A DNA stretch of 64,000 nucleotides. Source: an uncultured virus (IMG/VR IMGVR_UViG_3300018421_000020) (lineage: Duplodnaviria > Heunggongvirae > Uroviricota > Caudoviricetes). The notes beneath the pieces are model-generated. The model had not been told where the DNA came from. It searched no databases and saw only the letters and a program-made list of their open reading frames with translations. Positions 26,708 to 35,870 of the stretch are shown here, one piece after another (position 1 is the first letter of the stretch; the number at the start of each line of letters is the position of its first letter). A program made the position numbers and the translations under genes. The stretch lies in the IMG/VR virus record IMGVR_UViG_3300018421_000020, one strand, 5' to 3'.

Positions 26708-29113
26708 TTACGAAGCAATTTCAGAGAACGAGACACCAGTTCTCGTTGCGGTGAAGGTCAACGTGATGTAGTTAATCGTACGGGTCGGCTTAACATAGAT
26801 CTCAGCGTAGAATTCGCCGCGATCAACAGCATCGGCGGGATTGTTCTCCTCGTCACACTTAACCAGGAAGTCGGTTACACCGCGACGACCTTGTACGTCA
26901 CGCAGGTAAGGTTCAACCAAGTTACGGAACAACGAACGGGAAGTCTCATCGTTCTGCTCAAAGAGTTGTGCCTTAGCAGACTCACCGATAACTCTCTCCA
27001 GAGTCAGGAACAGACGACGAACGTTGATGCGATCAAAAGCAGACTGATAACCCAGAGCAGTCTTATCACCGAACAGGACTACGCCCTGACCAGGGAAGGA
27101 GACGATGGGGTTAACACGCTCAGCATACAGTTTGTCACGCTGATCCTTATTGGGGGAATAAGCGAGTTTGATAGCGTTTCTCAGAACACCACGAGAGAAA
27201 CCAGCAGGAGAATACCAGGGATCCTGATTTACACCAGTCTCAAGGCAAAGACCTGCAACGTCACCATTACAAGGAATGTAACGATAGACATCATTGTACT
27301 TATCGTAGATATACTTGTAACCAGCATCCAGAACAGCGTAGGAAGTGGAAGAGATATCTTGGAAGTACGCCAGAACTCTTTCAGTGATCAGGTCGGAATT
27401 GGTCTGACCAATCACATCAGCACGCATGGGCGAGAAGAACGCAATGCAATCCTTACGGCTGTTGACGATGTTAAGGATAGCGTTTGCCTTAGCGACAGCA
27501 GCATCCTTAGTAACGCCCTGAGGACCAGAGAGAATGTAGTCAACCTGAACCGACTCAGCGTCAGAAACCAGATTGTAAGCGTTGCTAAAATCAGACGAGG
27601 TGTTAGCGTAATCGTCAGCACCTTGAGCGAATGCAAACTTCAGCGAACCGCCTTGCTTACCGCCAATCATGTGACGACCAGAGGGCTCGTCATGGATAGA
27701 CTTGTTAGACTGAATGCGGTTGAAGTTGCGGTTTGCAGCAACAGCACCCCAGGCACCCTCAGCGAGAGTAGCGTTAACAGGGAAAGTCTCGCTAGTGTGA
27801 GCACCAAAGTAGATGTAAGAAGACGACTGCTTCAGTACATTGGGATAGTAGTTGTTCTCACCAACAGTAGACTTTGCATCGGTAGCCTTGGACAGACCAA
27901 CATACTTCTCAAGGAGAGTATTAGGAGTACCAGTCAGAAGACCGTCACCATCAAGAATGATGATGTGAACTTCGTCGTTAAAACCACCTTTGTCGGAAGC
28001 ATACAGCGAGGTGCCAGGGCGGGGAGCAATGTTCACCCACTTCTTACCAGGCAGATACTCACGCTCGGGATACTCGTCGCGAACTGCGCTTACGGTAACA
28101 GCAGCGGCGTTCTCATCAGTAGTAGCATCGGTAGCAGCGAAAGCGGCAGAACCCTTAGTCAGAGCAACATGCAGTTCACGCTTAACACCGTCATCAGAAA
28201 TGTTACCAGTAACAGTGCCCTGCTCAAGGGTCATGGTGTCATCAATGATACCAGTGATACCAGCACTAGGAATTGCGATTTCTACAACACGGTTGGTTGC
28301 ATCCCATGCAATAATTTCTACGGTCTGATCAACGCCACCAATTTCAATGGTAGCAGCTTCTTCAGCACCAACGAACAACCAAGTTACGTTGTCATCAGAT
28401 GCTTCACCAGAGGTGTGAGTAGGTGCGGTAGCACCAGCAACTCCTGCAGTCTGTGCAACATAAACGTTGCCACCATTGGAGACTCTTTGATACTGCTGAT
28501 AATACGCAGCAGTTGACCAAGCCGCTTCTTTGGGAACAAAGTTGCCGACTACACCAGAGTCAAGAGTCAACTTGATGGTATAACGGAATACCTTACCAGA
28601 TTTGTTACCCGAGGTCAGCGACTCGCCGACAACGAATTCAAAATCATTACCCGAAGAGGGAGCAGTAAGGGAGAGGATTTGATCTGCACCTGCATCGGTC
28701 ATGAAGACGCGAAGGGAATTGCCATATACACCAGGGGTCTGGGCGGCAAAGGTCCAGTTGTTAGTTACGCCAGTCTCATAGCTGGTTTCGTAATTTTGCA
28801 AATTTTTAATTTTTACCGCAGCAGAATTGCTAACTGCATTTTTAAGATTGATGCCATCTGCACGGATGGTCTTAAGAGTACCACCATAGCTCAGGAACTG
28901 AGCGGCGGTAAACCAAAACTCGTAGTTGGTATCGTTGGGTTTGCCATAAGTGGAAATGAGATTTCTCTCATTGTTGATATCAACAACCTGCTCAACAGGT
29001 CCACGTTCAAAGGGAGCGGCGAGCGCACCAATATTAGCCAGAGCAACCGAGCTAACAGTGGTAAAGTCCCTCTCCTGAATAACAACACCTGGCGATAATT
29101 GTGACGCTGCCAT
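26708..29113 (-). CDS. g18: Tail sheath protein gp18 with inserted domain(s)
   Basis: LSPGVVIQERD, PWYSPAG..RG, LFGDKT, AFDRINVRRLF, YVKPTRTINYI. Confidence 0.98.
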   Translation of the reverse strand: MAASQLSPGVVIQERDFTTVSSVALANIGALAAPFERGPVEQVVDINNERNLISTYGKPNDTNYEFWFTAAQFLSYGGTLKTIRADGINLKNAVSNSAAVKIKNLQNYETSYETGVTNNWTFAAQTPGVYGNSLRVFMTDAGADQILSLTAPSSGNDFEFVVGESLTSGNKSGKVFRYTIKLTLDSGVVGNFVPKEAAWSTAAYYQQYQRVSNGGNVYVAQTAGVAGATAPTHTSGEASDDNVTWLFVGAEEAATIEIGGVDQTVEIIAWDATNRVVEIAIPSAGITGIIDDTMTLEQGTVTGNISDDGVKRELHVALTKGSAAFAATDATTDENAAAVTVSAVRDEYPEREYLPGKKWVNIAPRPGTSLYASDKGGFNDEVHIIILDGDGLLTGTPNTLLEKYVGLSKATDAKSTVGENNYYPNVLKQSSSYIYFGAHTSETFPVNATLAEGAWGAVAANRNFNRIQSNKSIHDEPSGRHMIGGKQGGSLKFAFAQGADDYANTSSDFSNAYNLVSDAESVQVDYILSGPQGVTKDAAVAKANAILNIVNSRKDCIAFFSPMRADVIGQTNSDLITERVLAYFQDISSTSYAVLDAGYKYIYDKYNDVYRYIPCNGDVAGLCLETGVNQDPWYSPAGFSRGVLRNAIKLAYSPNKDQRDKLYAERVNPIVSFPGQGVVLFGDKTALGYQSAFDRINVRRLFLTLERVIGESAKAQLFEQNDETSRSLFRNLVEPYLRDVQGRRGVTDFLVKCDEENNPADAVDRGEFYAEIYVKPTRTINYITLTFTATRTGVSFSEIAS

Positions 29114-29155
29114 GTGAATACACTCCTATAGAATACTGTGTCAGTTTTCTAAAAA

Positions 29156-29163
29156 TATTTATA
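29156..29163 (-). promoter_or_regulatory. Late promoter TATAAATA for g18
   Basis: Perfect consensus in the g17-g18 gap. Confidence 0.8.
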
Positions 29164-29184
29164 AATTTGAAGTTCTCTGATGCG

Positions 29185-30834
29185 CTATCGGTACTCCCAC
29201 ATGTACGCTTTATCCCCATATTCATCTACATGCCAGAGGTCTCCGCTGTTATCTTTGAACGTATCATCACTCAAACCATCATCAATGAATCCAAACGGTG
29301 CCATGTCCTGTTCAATATTTTCCCGTTGATCATCATAAATGCGCTGACGTACATCATTGTCATTCATTTCACGGAAATAATCTTGCAGTGCCAACCATGC
29401 AAATATTACTAGACACATAGCAAGGTCATCATTACATCCTTCTTCAGCTTGGAATGATTGTCCCTTTTCAATAAAGGTTGTAAGTTCCGCAATAATATCG
29501 TAGTCGTGTATTAGTAGTTTATCTTCTTCAATCAATGCCTTTAGGTTTGAGCATCCCACTTTCTTAACAGCGGTGCTCATCTTTACACCCATTTGAGTTT
29601 TATTGCCAGAGAAACCTTGACCAACAATTTGCCCAGCACGCCCTCGCATTGCTGCCATTAGAAGGTTGTCATACTCAAGATCAAAGTGTATAATATCTGC
29701 AACCTGACCACCAACATCATTTACCTCCACCAGAATAAACGCACCATTATAGTGCCTTGCAGTTTGTACAATAATGTTTGGGAATAAAAGTGGTTTGATT
29801 GTATTGTTCTTATATTTTGCCACCATCTTATATGGTAACGTTGTCGTATCTACCACAACAAACGCTGAATAGTCATTAGACACACCACGAGCAACGTCAC
29901 ATGCCATAACATATTGATGTCCCTTTATGGGTTGTTCAAAAATATCTAATCCAGCATTGCGTTTAATTGGATCTTCATACGCCATCACCTTTAGTTTTGA
30001 CGGAGAGATCAACGTGTCAACCGATCCAAGGAACTCACACTCAAACTCAACCTTGAATTGTTGTTCCGATGTGTTTGCAATAGTCTGTGCTTTCCACTTG
30101 TCATCCCTACCTGGGATTTCTGACCAGTGAACTTCCGTATTTACATACTCATTTTTACCGCGCTCCGAATCATGCCACAACTTGTAGAACATGTTCATGC
30201 CGTGAGGCGTGGAAATGATAATAACTTTGGTTGATTTACCAGATGAAATTGTAGGATATACAGAGGAGAAGAACTCGTCTGCAATGTGGTTTGGGACGAA
30301 CGCAAATTCGTCCAGGAAGATAACGTTGAATGACATACCACGAACAGCAGAACTGGACGTAGATGCTGCCATGATTTTAGAACCATTCTCTAGTTCTAGA
30401 GAACCACGGTTCCATTGAATGATGCCTTGCTGTAACCACTTTGGGAGATGTTCATACGACTTTTGCAATCTCTGCAACATCTCCCTAGAGGTTGCCGCTT
30501 TGTTTGCTAGAATAGCAACGTTAACTTCTGGGTTGAACAGAACGTACCACAACAGATAACTGGTAACAATAGTAGACTTACCAGACTGTCGCGGTAGTTT
30601 TGCAATATTGAATCTGTTGTCATGAAACTTTTGTACCATCTCCTCTTGAAAATGGTACATATCAAAAGGAATCAATCCCTTATCCAAAGACACAATTCGG
30701 ACATAGTTTTTGATAAAGTATACTGGATCTTCCGCACAGCGAATAAATTCAGCAATCTGCTCTTTGGTAAAGTCCTGAGCAATGTTTGCTTTTTTAAGAT
30801 TAGGATTACCTAGGTATACTTCGTTCTGCGCCAT
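29185..30834 (-). CDS. g17: Terminase large subunit gp17
   Basis: YLGNPNLK, PRQSGKST, IFLDEFAF, STPHG, DVARG, NDDLAM. Confidence 0.99.
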   Translation of the reverse strand: MAQNEVYLGNPNLKKANIAQDFTKEQIAEFIRCAEDPVYFIKNYVRIVSLDKGLIPFDMYHFQEEMVQKFHDNRFNIAKLPRQSGKSTIVTSYLLWYVLFNPEVNVAILANKAATSREMLQRLQKSYEHLPKWLQQGIIQWNRGSLELENGSKIMAASTSSSAVRGMSFNVIFLDEFAFVPNHIADEFFSSVYPTISSGKSTKVIIISTPHGMNMFYKLWHDSERGKNEYVNTEVHWSEIPGRDDKWKAQTIANTSEQQFKVEFECEFLGSVDTLISPSKLKVMAYEDPIKRNAGLDIFEQPIKGHQYVMACDVARGVSNDYSAFVVVDTTTLPYKMVAKYKNNTIKPLLFPNIIVQTARHYNGAFILVEVNDVGGQVADIIHFDLEYDNLLMAAMRGRAGQIVGQGFSGNKTQMGVKMSTAVKKVGCSNLKALIEEDKLLIHDYDIIAELTTFIEKGQSFQAEEGCNDDLAMCLVIFAWLALQDYFREMNDNDVRQRIYDDQRENIEQDMAPFGFIDDGLSDDTFKDNSGDLWHVDEYGDKAYMWEYR

Positions 30835-30835
30835 G

Positions 30836-31438
30836 TCAAATCATCGGGAATGGTCTATTGTTAGGTTGCCCACATATCTCAGCATGTTGGATAACTTCCA
30901 TCTCCTGTCCAGGAGTATATTGAAATACTGCGGAGAATCGCGCAACCCCTTCATGTTCTCTATTGGGTGCCTTTGCTCCATGAGGAATGGAACCAGGGAA
31001 CACTACAACTCTTCCAGGTTTAGGAACAATCGCATCTGTAACTTCACCATCACGAATGAAGACAGTTTCAGATCCCCACTTGTCCAACCACTTGGTATTT
31101 GGATAAACCATGAAACTCAAGGAGTCTTCTGATTCACCATCAATATGAAGATTAGGAGAATCCCCAAAACGGAAACAATTATATACCACTCTATGAAAGT
31201 CTGGAACTGGAATTCCAGATCTCTCATGGAAAGCACGAATACAAAACTCTTCAAAGTCACCAAAGTTGGGGTAATCAATAATTTGACCTAACGAATAACT
31301 GTTGAGATTCTGAGAGGGATCATCAAAGATAAGTTGCCAACCATTGAAGAGGGTGAAATAATCTTCCATCCACCCAATCTCTTCTTCAGTAAACAAGTCA
31401 TCTAGAACGAGGACTTGCTCACGTTTCATCATTTTCAT
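30836..31438 (-). CDS. 2OG-Fe(II) oxygenase
   Basis: LHIDG (HxD), WGSET, PGRVVVFPGSIPHGA, RFSAV. Confidence 0.82.
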   Translation of the reverse strand: MKMMKREQVLVLDDLFTEEEIGWMEDYFTLFNGWQLIFDDPSQNLNSYSLGQIIDYPNFGDFEEFCIRAFHERSGIPVPDFHRVVYNCFRFGDSPNLHIDGESEDSLSFMVYPNTKWLDKWGSETVFIRDGEVTDAIVPKPGRVVVFPGSIPHGAKAPNREHEGVARFSAVFQYTPGQEMEVIQHAEICGQPNNRPFPMI

Positions 31439-31444
31439 TACAAA

Positions 31445-31903
31445 TTAAACCAAAGTACCGTGTGCTCTGCGAATCTCTCTGAGTTCTTCAAAGTCTTTTT
31501 GTTTAGTACCACCGTCGTATGCCCATGCATACCCTTCAGTGATCATTTGTTCGTTGAGGGAGAGTTCGGCGTCTCCAATGTAGAGCCACCCGAGAAGTCT
31601 ACCGTATTTACCAACACCGCCGACAAGCTCAGTACGAACAACAAGCTCATCATCGCCAGAGATAGCACCTTCAAGCTTGTCCTTAAGCCAGTTGGTGGCA
31701 TCGTATCCCAATGCTTTCTCTTCAGCGTCGCGTGTTCGTTTCTCTGGGGTGTCAACCCCAGCGACTCTAACTCTTTCTTTTTTATATAGATCAAAACCGA
31801 GATCAATCGTGACATCAATCGTATCCCCGTCCAGCACCCTATCTATGCTGATCACTCGGAAGTTGTAACAACTCTTCCGACTCGGGGGGGTCATCGCTCC
31901 CAT
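31445..31903 (-). CDS. Thermonuclease (SNase-like) family nuclease
   Basis: RVLDGDTID, RVRVAGVDTPE, GKYGRLLG, EGYAWAY. Confidence 0.9.
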   Translation of the reverse strand: MGAMTPPSRKSCYNFRVISIDRVLDGDTIDVTIDLGFDLYKKERVRVAGVDTPEKRTRDAEEKALGYDATNWLKDKLEGAISGDDELVVRTELVGGVGKYGRLLGWLYIGDAELSLNEQMITEGYAWAYDGGTKQKDFEELREIRRAHGTLV

Positions 31904-32036
31904 GATTTTCCTTTTCATCAATGCCTAGTATATATGCGATAACGTAAATGACTCCAATCAAAAGGAGTACCATCATAATGATGATACTCCAGGTTACGTC
32001 ATTAACGTCATTCAGTGGGCGGAGAAAGAGATTCAT
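31839..32036 (-). CDS. Small membrane protein
   Basis: TM WSIIIMMVLLLIGVIYVIAYILGI. Confidence 0.7.
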   Translation of the reverse strand: MNLFLRPLNDVNDVTWSIIIMMVLLLIGVIYVIAYILGIDEKENHGSDDPPESEELLQLPSDQHR

Positions 32037-32037
32037 T

Positions 32038-32217
32038 TCATTTATCCTTCAATATTCGTTCTAGTTCGCGACGAACATTTTGAGATTTATATTTATCTCT
32101 CTCACAGTGTCTATATCCATACTTGCCATGAAAAATAGCGTGACCTTGATAAATCATGGTCACACCAAAAACAAATAATAGAATTGTGCCAATCAGTTCA
32201 ATGTGATGGTTAGCCAT
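32038..32217 (-). CDS. Small membrane protein (59 aa)
   Basis: Read manually: MANHHIELIGTILLFVFGVTMIYQGHAIFHGKYGYRHCERDKYKSQNVRRELERILKDK*. Confidence 0.65.
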   Translation of the reverse strand: MANHHIELIGTILLFVFGVTMIYQGHAIFHGKYGYRHCERDKYKSQNVRRELERILKDK

Positions 32218-32384
32218 GGGAAGATTGGTGGAATCACTCCAATAAGTCTTAGAAGACCCTCAGCGAAGAGAGCCAGGACAACCCACCCGACACACATACT
32301 GATGATAGAAGCATTGCGGTTGTGTTTGCGAATTGCGTCATCAATCATCTCCTGAACTTCGTCTTTAGTTACTGGGTCCATCAC
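32193..32384 (-). CDS. Small membrane protein
   Basis: EMIDDAIRKHNRNASIISM.VGWVVLALFAEGLLRL. Confidence 0.72.
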   Translation of the reverse strand: MMDPVTKDEVQEMIDDAIRKHNRNASIISMCVGWVVLALFAEGLLRLIGVIPPIFPWLTITLN

Positions 32385-32631
32385 TATCCATCTTAGTGTT
32401 GTCTAAATCTTCCAAACGCTTTGCCCAGGTATCACCACCATCCATTCCTCTCTTGGGATTGATGCATTGGTGATTCCCCATTCTATTACACACTAGACCC
32501 GCAAGGTCCAATTCATTACCTTTTTTTCCAGTTCCAGACCAGTAGTGTTGTCCATTTATCCAAACTGCCCCACACTTAGGACATTCTGCCCGACTAACAC
32601 TTAGGTCGGACATTTCCTTATCGTTTGCCAT
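32365..32631 (-). CDS. Hypothetical protein, putative Zn-binding
   Basis: CPKCGAVWINGQHYW...LAGLVCN....CINP. Confidence 0.72.
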   Translation of the reverse strand: MANDKEMSDLSVSRAECPKCGAVWINGQHYWSGTGKKGNELDLAGLVCNRMGNHQCINPKRGMDGGDTWAKRLEDLDNTKMDSDGPSN

Positions 32632-32833
32632 AAGTTTGATAGTGCTTCTTAAACGTGGTTGGTTCAATCCCGAGTTGCTTTTCCAACTTCCTTCGCATAA
32701 AGTATGCTCGGAAAATTACCCAGTGCCAGCGTACCTCAATATCTGCATAAGCGACAAGTCTCATCGTGTTGTCAATACCCGCATATGCTACGAGTAAAAC
32801 GAACACCGCAACTAATAGATAAAATGAGACCAT
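32618..32833 (-). CDS. Small membrane protein
   Basis: MVSFYLLVAVFVLLVAYAG; ATG at 32833 fits the upstream promoter. Confidence 0.7.
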   Translation of the reverse strand: MVSFYLLVAVFVLLVAYAGIDNTMRLVAYADIEVRWHWVIFRAYFMRRKLEKQLGIEPTTFKKHYQTYGKR

Positions 32834-32856
32834 ACGAGTATCACGCTGATACAACT

Positions 32857-32884
32857 ATTATAGTCACTATTTAACGCTTGTAAA
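32857..32884 (-). promoter_or_regulatory. Composite promoter: sigma70-like TTTACA-16nt-TATAAT with a late TAAATA in the spacer
   Basis: Minus strand TTTACAAGCGTTAAATAGTGACTATAAT. Confidence 0.6.
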
Positions 32885-32958
32885 GCTACAAATGATTACA
32901 ATTTGTAGATATATGAAGGAATCTTGAATAAATTATAAACTTTTTATATCCAAGAGTA

Positions 32959-34104
32959 TCAGCAGTTCCACGCTCTAAGGGACTTGGACAGACGATCATC
33001 GCCTGTATTGTTAGATGGTTTTTGCCTCTTACGCATACCCTTCATTCTAGCGCAAAACGATGCGCGACGGGGGTTTCCAACCTTCTTTGATGGTGCCTTA
33101 AGGTCAGATCCAGGATTCTCTCTTTCGTAAGACTTTCGCCCCTTCTCATTGAGTCCGCCTTCGGAGTTCTGCCCTGATTTTTTTGTCCAGGCTGCTCCTT
33201 CGCAGAATTGTTTGAAGGTTTTAAGTTCATTAGTTTTGATAGCGGCTACAGGCGTATCAGTACCCTCAACGTTAAGTGTCTTCGGGTAATCTTTTTCGCC
33301 AGGTCGGGCAGGTCTCTCGCCACGCTTACGCTTAGCATGGATTCTATCCCAGAGTCCTTTCTTTTTGCCCTCATCAATACTGACTTCCTCTTTTTTGATT
33401 CCACCAATACGATCTACAAGATTGCCAAGTTTACGACCAATCTTGTCGCGCTTCCTTTCCTTGGGTTTAGGTTTGGGAGCACTTGCAGACTTACCTGCCC
33501 TTTGACGCTTAGCATAATCCATGTAGGATTCGCCCTTGCGAAGTTTTTTAGGGTCCGACTTCTGACCACTAGAAGACTTTTTAGCACCAGCAGCACGATC
33601 TTCACGAGCACGCTGGTTTGCGCCAGGTCCACCTAGTTTGCGATCTTTATCTGGATCGGGATCCCAAAAATCAGCACGTTCGGTGACAGTATCCTCTTGA
33701 CGAAGTGCCTTACGACGCTTCTTCTCCATCTGTTTACGAGTAACAACTTCTCCTTGACCACGATTAGCATCAGGGTCATAGTTATTAGGTGGAGTATAGT
33801 TACTTCCAAAAGCCTTGATATTAGCTTTCACCCGCTTAGTTTGTTGCTTATTGCTGGTGCGACGTGAGTCTTCAACTAAATCGGGATGGGGAGCATACAG
33901 GGGTCCTTCATAGTTACCTGCGAATACTGATTCCTTTTTCATTGGTAATCCTTTATGTTTAGTTTTGGCAAACTTCTTCACGTCGGGTTTGGACATGGAG
34001 GATGCAGCTTTGGCAACCTCAGGCGAGGGATTTTCCATTTCCCCCTTCTGAGCCGCTCTAACCATCCCGAAGAATCTTTGTTGTTTGATGGACTTTGCAG
34101 GCAT
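32959..34104 (-). CDS. Highly basic modular protein, putative internal virion/prohead core protein
   Basis: N-terminal MPAKS..QQRFFG module; C-terminal AAWTKK.G.N.EGGLN...RRASFCARM...SLRAWNC module; K/R-rich blocks separated by hydrophobic-x-E. Confidence 0.75.
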   Translation of the reverse strand: MPAKSIKQQRFFGMVRAAQKGEMENPSPEVAKAASSMSKPDVKKFAKTKHKGLPMKKESVFAGNYEGPLYAPHPDLVEDSRRTSNKQQTKRVKANIKAFGSNYTPPNNYDPDANRGQGEVVTRKQMEKKRRKALRQEDTVTERADFWDPDPDKDRKLGGPGANQRAREDRAAGAKKSSSGQKSDPKKLRKGESYMDYAKRQRAGKSASAPKPKPKERKRDKIGRKLGNLVDRIGGIKKEEVSIDEGKKKGLWDRIHAKRKRGERPARPGEKDYPKTLNVEGTDTPVAAIKTNELKTFKQFCEGAAWTKKSGQNSEGGLNEKGRKSYERENPGSDLKAPSKKVGNPRRASFCARMKGMRKRQKPSNNTGDDRLSKSLRAWNC

Positions 34105-34108
34105 GTTA

Positions 34109-34654
34109 TCAACCAGATATCTGCACTTCGTTGATATACAGGGTCATGCCATTTGTGCTATCACCCTTTGCCTGAATCTTAATGCTATTTCTAGCAAATG
34201 CAGTGCCAGTAAATGCAGCAAGTGCCGATGCATCAGCATCAATAGTAATTGCACCAGTTACAGGATCAACAGCAGTAACTTCTTTGTGAGAGAAGTTATA
34301 TCCAGAGACAGCAGCACCAGAGATAGTTACATAATCACCAACAACGATGTTGGTTTGCTGATTGGGGTTATCTAAAGTTAATACACAAGGATTAGCAGCA
34401 GTTGCACCTGCAATCTTTGCTGCCTTGGGTTTGGCAAGTCTGAAGATTTCAGCACCATTTACAGCAACATGGACAACTTGGTCAGTCGTTACATCAGGAG
34501 CACCACCCCATGCAAAGTGATTGCTATGCGAATCAGCATTGATAAATCTGTAATATCCAGTTTTTACTGTATATGCAGCAGTTGTTTGAGGAGTATCACT
34601 ATTATCAGTGAGACTACCCAAATCCTGCACGGGTACGGTTACATTTGATGCCAT
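34109..34654 (-). CDS. Putative virion structural protein (small beta-barrel)
   Basis: IAGATAANPCVLT...VGDYVTISGA...YN...VTAV pattern; late promoter upstream. Confidence 0.7.
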   Translation of the reverse strand: MASNVTVPVQDLGSLTDNSDTPQTTAAYTVKTGYYRFINADSHSNHFAWGGAPDVTTDQVVHVAVNGAEIFRLAKPKAAKIAGATAANPCVLTLDNPNQQTNIVVGDYVTISGAAVSGYNFSHKEVTAVDPVTGAITIDADASALAAFTGTAFARNSIKIQAKGDSTNGMTLYINEVQISG

Positions 34655-34662
34655 TTCACTAA

Positions 34663-35085
34663 TCAGTTCTCTTCTGTATTATTTATCTCTTTTTGCTGCT
34701 TAAGCATCTTTTGCAGTTCTGCACTAGTGCCAACAAAGAGAGCATTGGTTACATTGGTTGGACCCTTTTTCTCAGTAGCATCCAAGTCCTTCATCTTTTT
34801 CTGAAGGTCAATCAACTTGTCTGCTACGTCTCCGACGTGTTTAATGAGTTGACCAGCAACTTCGTAAGCACGAGGATGATCTGACGCTCGTGCCACATCA
34901 AGTATGCCATCTACTGCCTCCTGTCCTTTCATGACAAGGTTATGTAGTTGGGCACGAGAGTATTCGTAATCTTGTTTGATATCAGGAGTATCAGTCCTTT
35001 TCAATTCACTCTTCGCTTCCTGAGCCTTCTCAATTTCAGCAGGCTCAGTTCCAAAGACTTCGTTCAATCCATCAAAAGCACTCAT
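34663..35085 (-). CDS. g16: Terminase small subunit gp16
   Basis: DYEYSR, GQEAVDGIL, HPRAYEVAGQLIK, NALFVGTSAELQKML. Confidence 0.96.
   Translation of the reverse strand: MSAFDGLNEVFGTEPAEIEKAQEAKSELKRTDTPDIKQDYEYSRAQLHNLVMKGQEAVDGILDVARASDHPRAYEVAGQLIKHVGDVADKLIDLQKKMKDLDATEKKGPTNVTNALFVGTSAELQKMLKQQKEINNTEEN
34680..34686 (-). promoter_or_regulatory. Late promoter ATAAATA within the g16 3' end
   Basis: tatttat 26 nt upstream of the ORF at 34654. Confidence 0.6.
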
Positions 35086-35870
35086 TAGACATCCTCATCT
35101 ACACCCGAAACTGGGTTGCGTTGTTTTCCATCGTTGAAATATTCTATAGTCTCTCCAAATCCAAAATCATCATCAGCATCTGCCGTGATAGGATCGGGGA
35201 CCACAGTGTATCTAACTTCTCTCGGTGCCGTAGCAACGTTAGTAGAAGTATAAGCGTCGGTAATGACCTTGGTGATAGTAGTGCTTTCCGAGACAGGGCC
35301 ATAGATATAGGTCTTAACGGTGAAGTTTAGAGTATAGATGATCGCCCTACGAGTTGAGAAGTTCCCCTCATATTCGTCTTCATATGCAACACTATTCAAA
35401 ACCACAGGTACATCCTTAGTCTCGTCCAAATCAGGAACGAGTTTCATCGGAAGGTTGTAAGATGGTTGGAAAAATGCTAGAATTTGCTCAAGGATTTCCA
35501 ATCCATCTTCCTGGTTCTTAGAAATAATTGCCAACTCAAAACCAAGATTGTAAGGTACAGGCATATATGCTGTCTTACTCTTATCGGTTGAACTTACTAC
35601 AGTTACTTTTTGAGTGGGACTTACCTTTCTACTAGCATCATAGTCAATACTATTGATCTCAAACGAGATTCTAGGAAGAGTAATCTGGACCCTTTTGTTT
35701 GTAGGATCAGCGTTCTGCTCCAAACGTGCTAGGAACTTTTGTTTGGGACCGTAGGCAAGAGGTACTTTCATGACCTCATCGTCCTTATGGATTTCAATGT
35801 TATTAAACATTGTTCCGAAGGCGACTACGGACTTCCTAAAAATCTCGTGGTAAAAATATTTTCCTAACAT
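35085..35870 (-). CDS. g15: Tail sheath stabilizer/completion protein gp15
   Basis: YFYHEIFRK, KVPLAYGPKQKFLARL, ITLPRISFE, PVPYN. Confidence 0.95.
   Translation of the reverse strand: MLGKYFYHEIFRKSVVAFGTMFNNIEIHKDDEVMKVPLAYGPKQKFLARLEQNADPTNKRVQITLPRISFEINSIDYDASRKVSPTQKVTVVSSTDKSKTAYMPVPYNLGFELAIISKNQEDGLEILEQILAFFQPSYNLPMKLVPDLDETKDVPVVLNSVAYEDEYEGNFSTRRAIIYTLNFTVKTYIYGPVSESTTITKVITDAYTSTNVATAPREVRYTVVPDPITADADDDFGFGETIEYFNDGKQRNPVSGVDEDV

Noticed and set aside
26891..28516. 541-aa + strand ORF antisense to g18
   Set aside because: Same in-register shadow effect; the other + strand ORFs in the track were rejected as shadows of recognised minus-strand genes
11873..30834. Introns, inteins or homing endonucleases in g46, uvsW, g20, g17 or g23
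   Set aside because: All are uninterrupted and of ordinary length; no HNH, GIY-YIG, LAGLIDADG or intein motifs seen
32878..32908. Possible NtcA site
   Set aside because: GTA...TAC spacing is 4 or 14 nt, not the required 8
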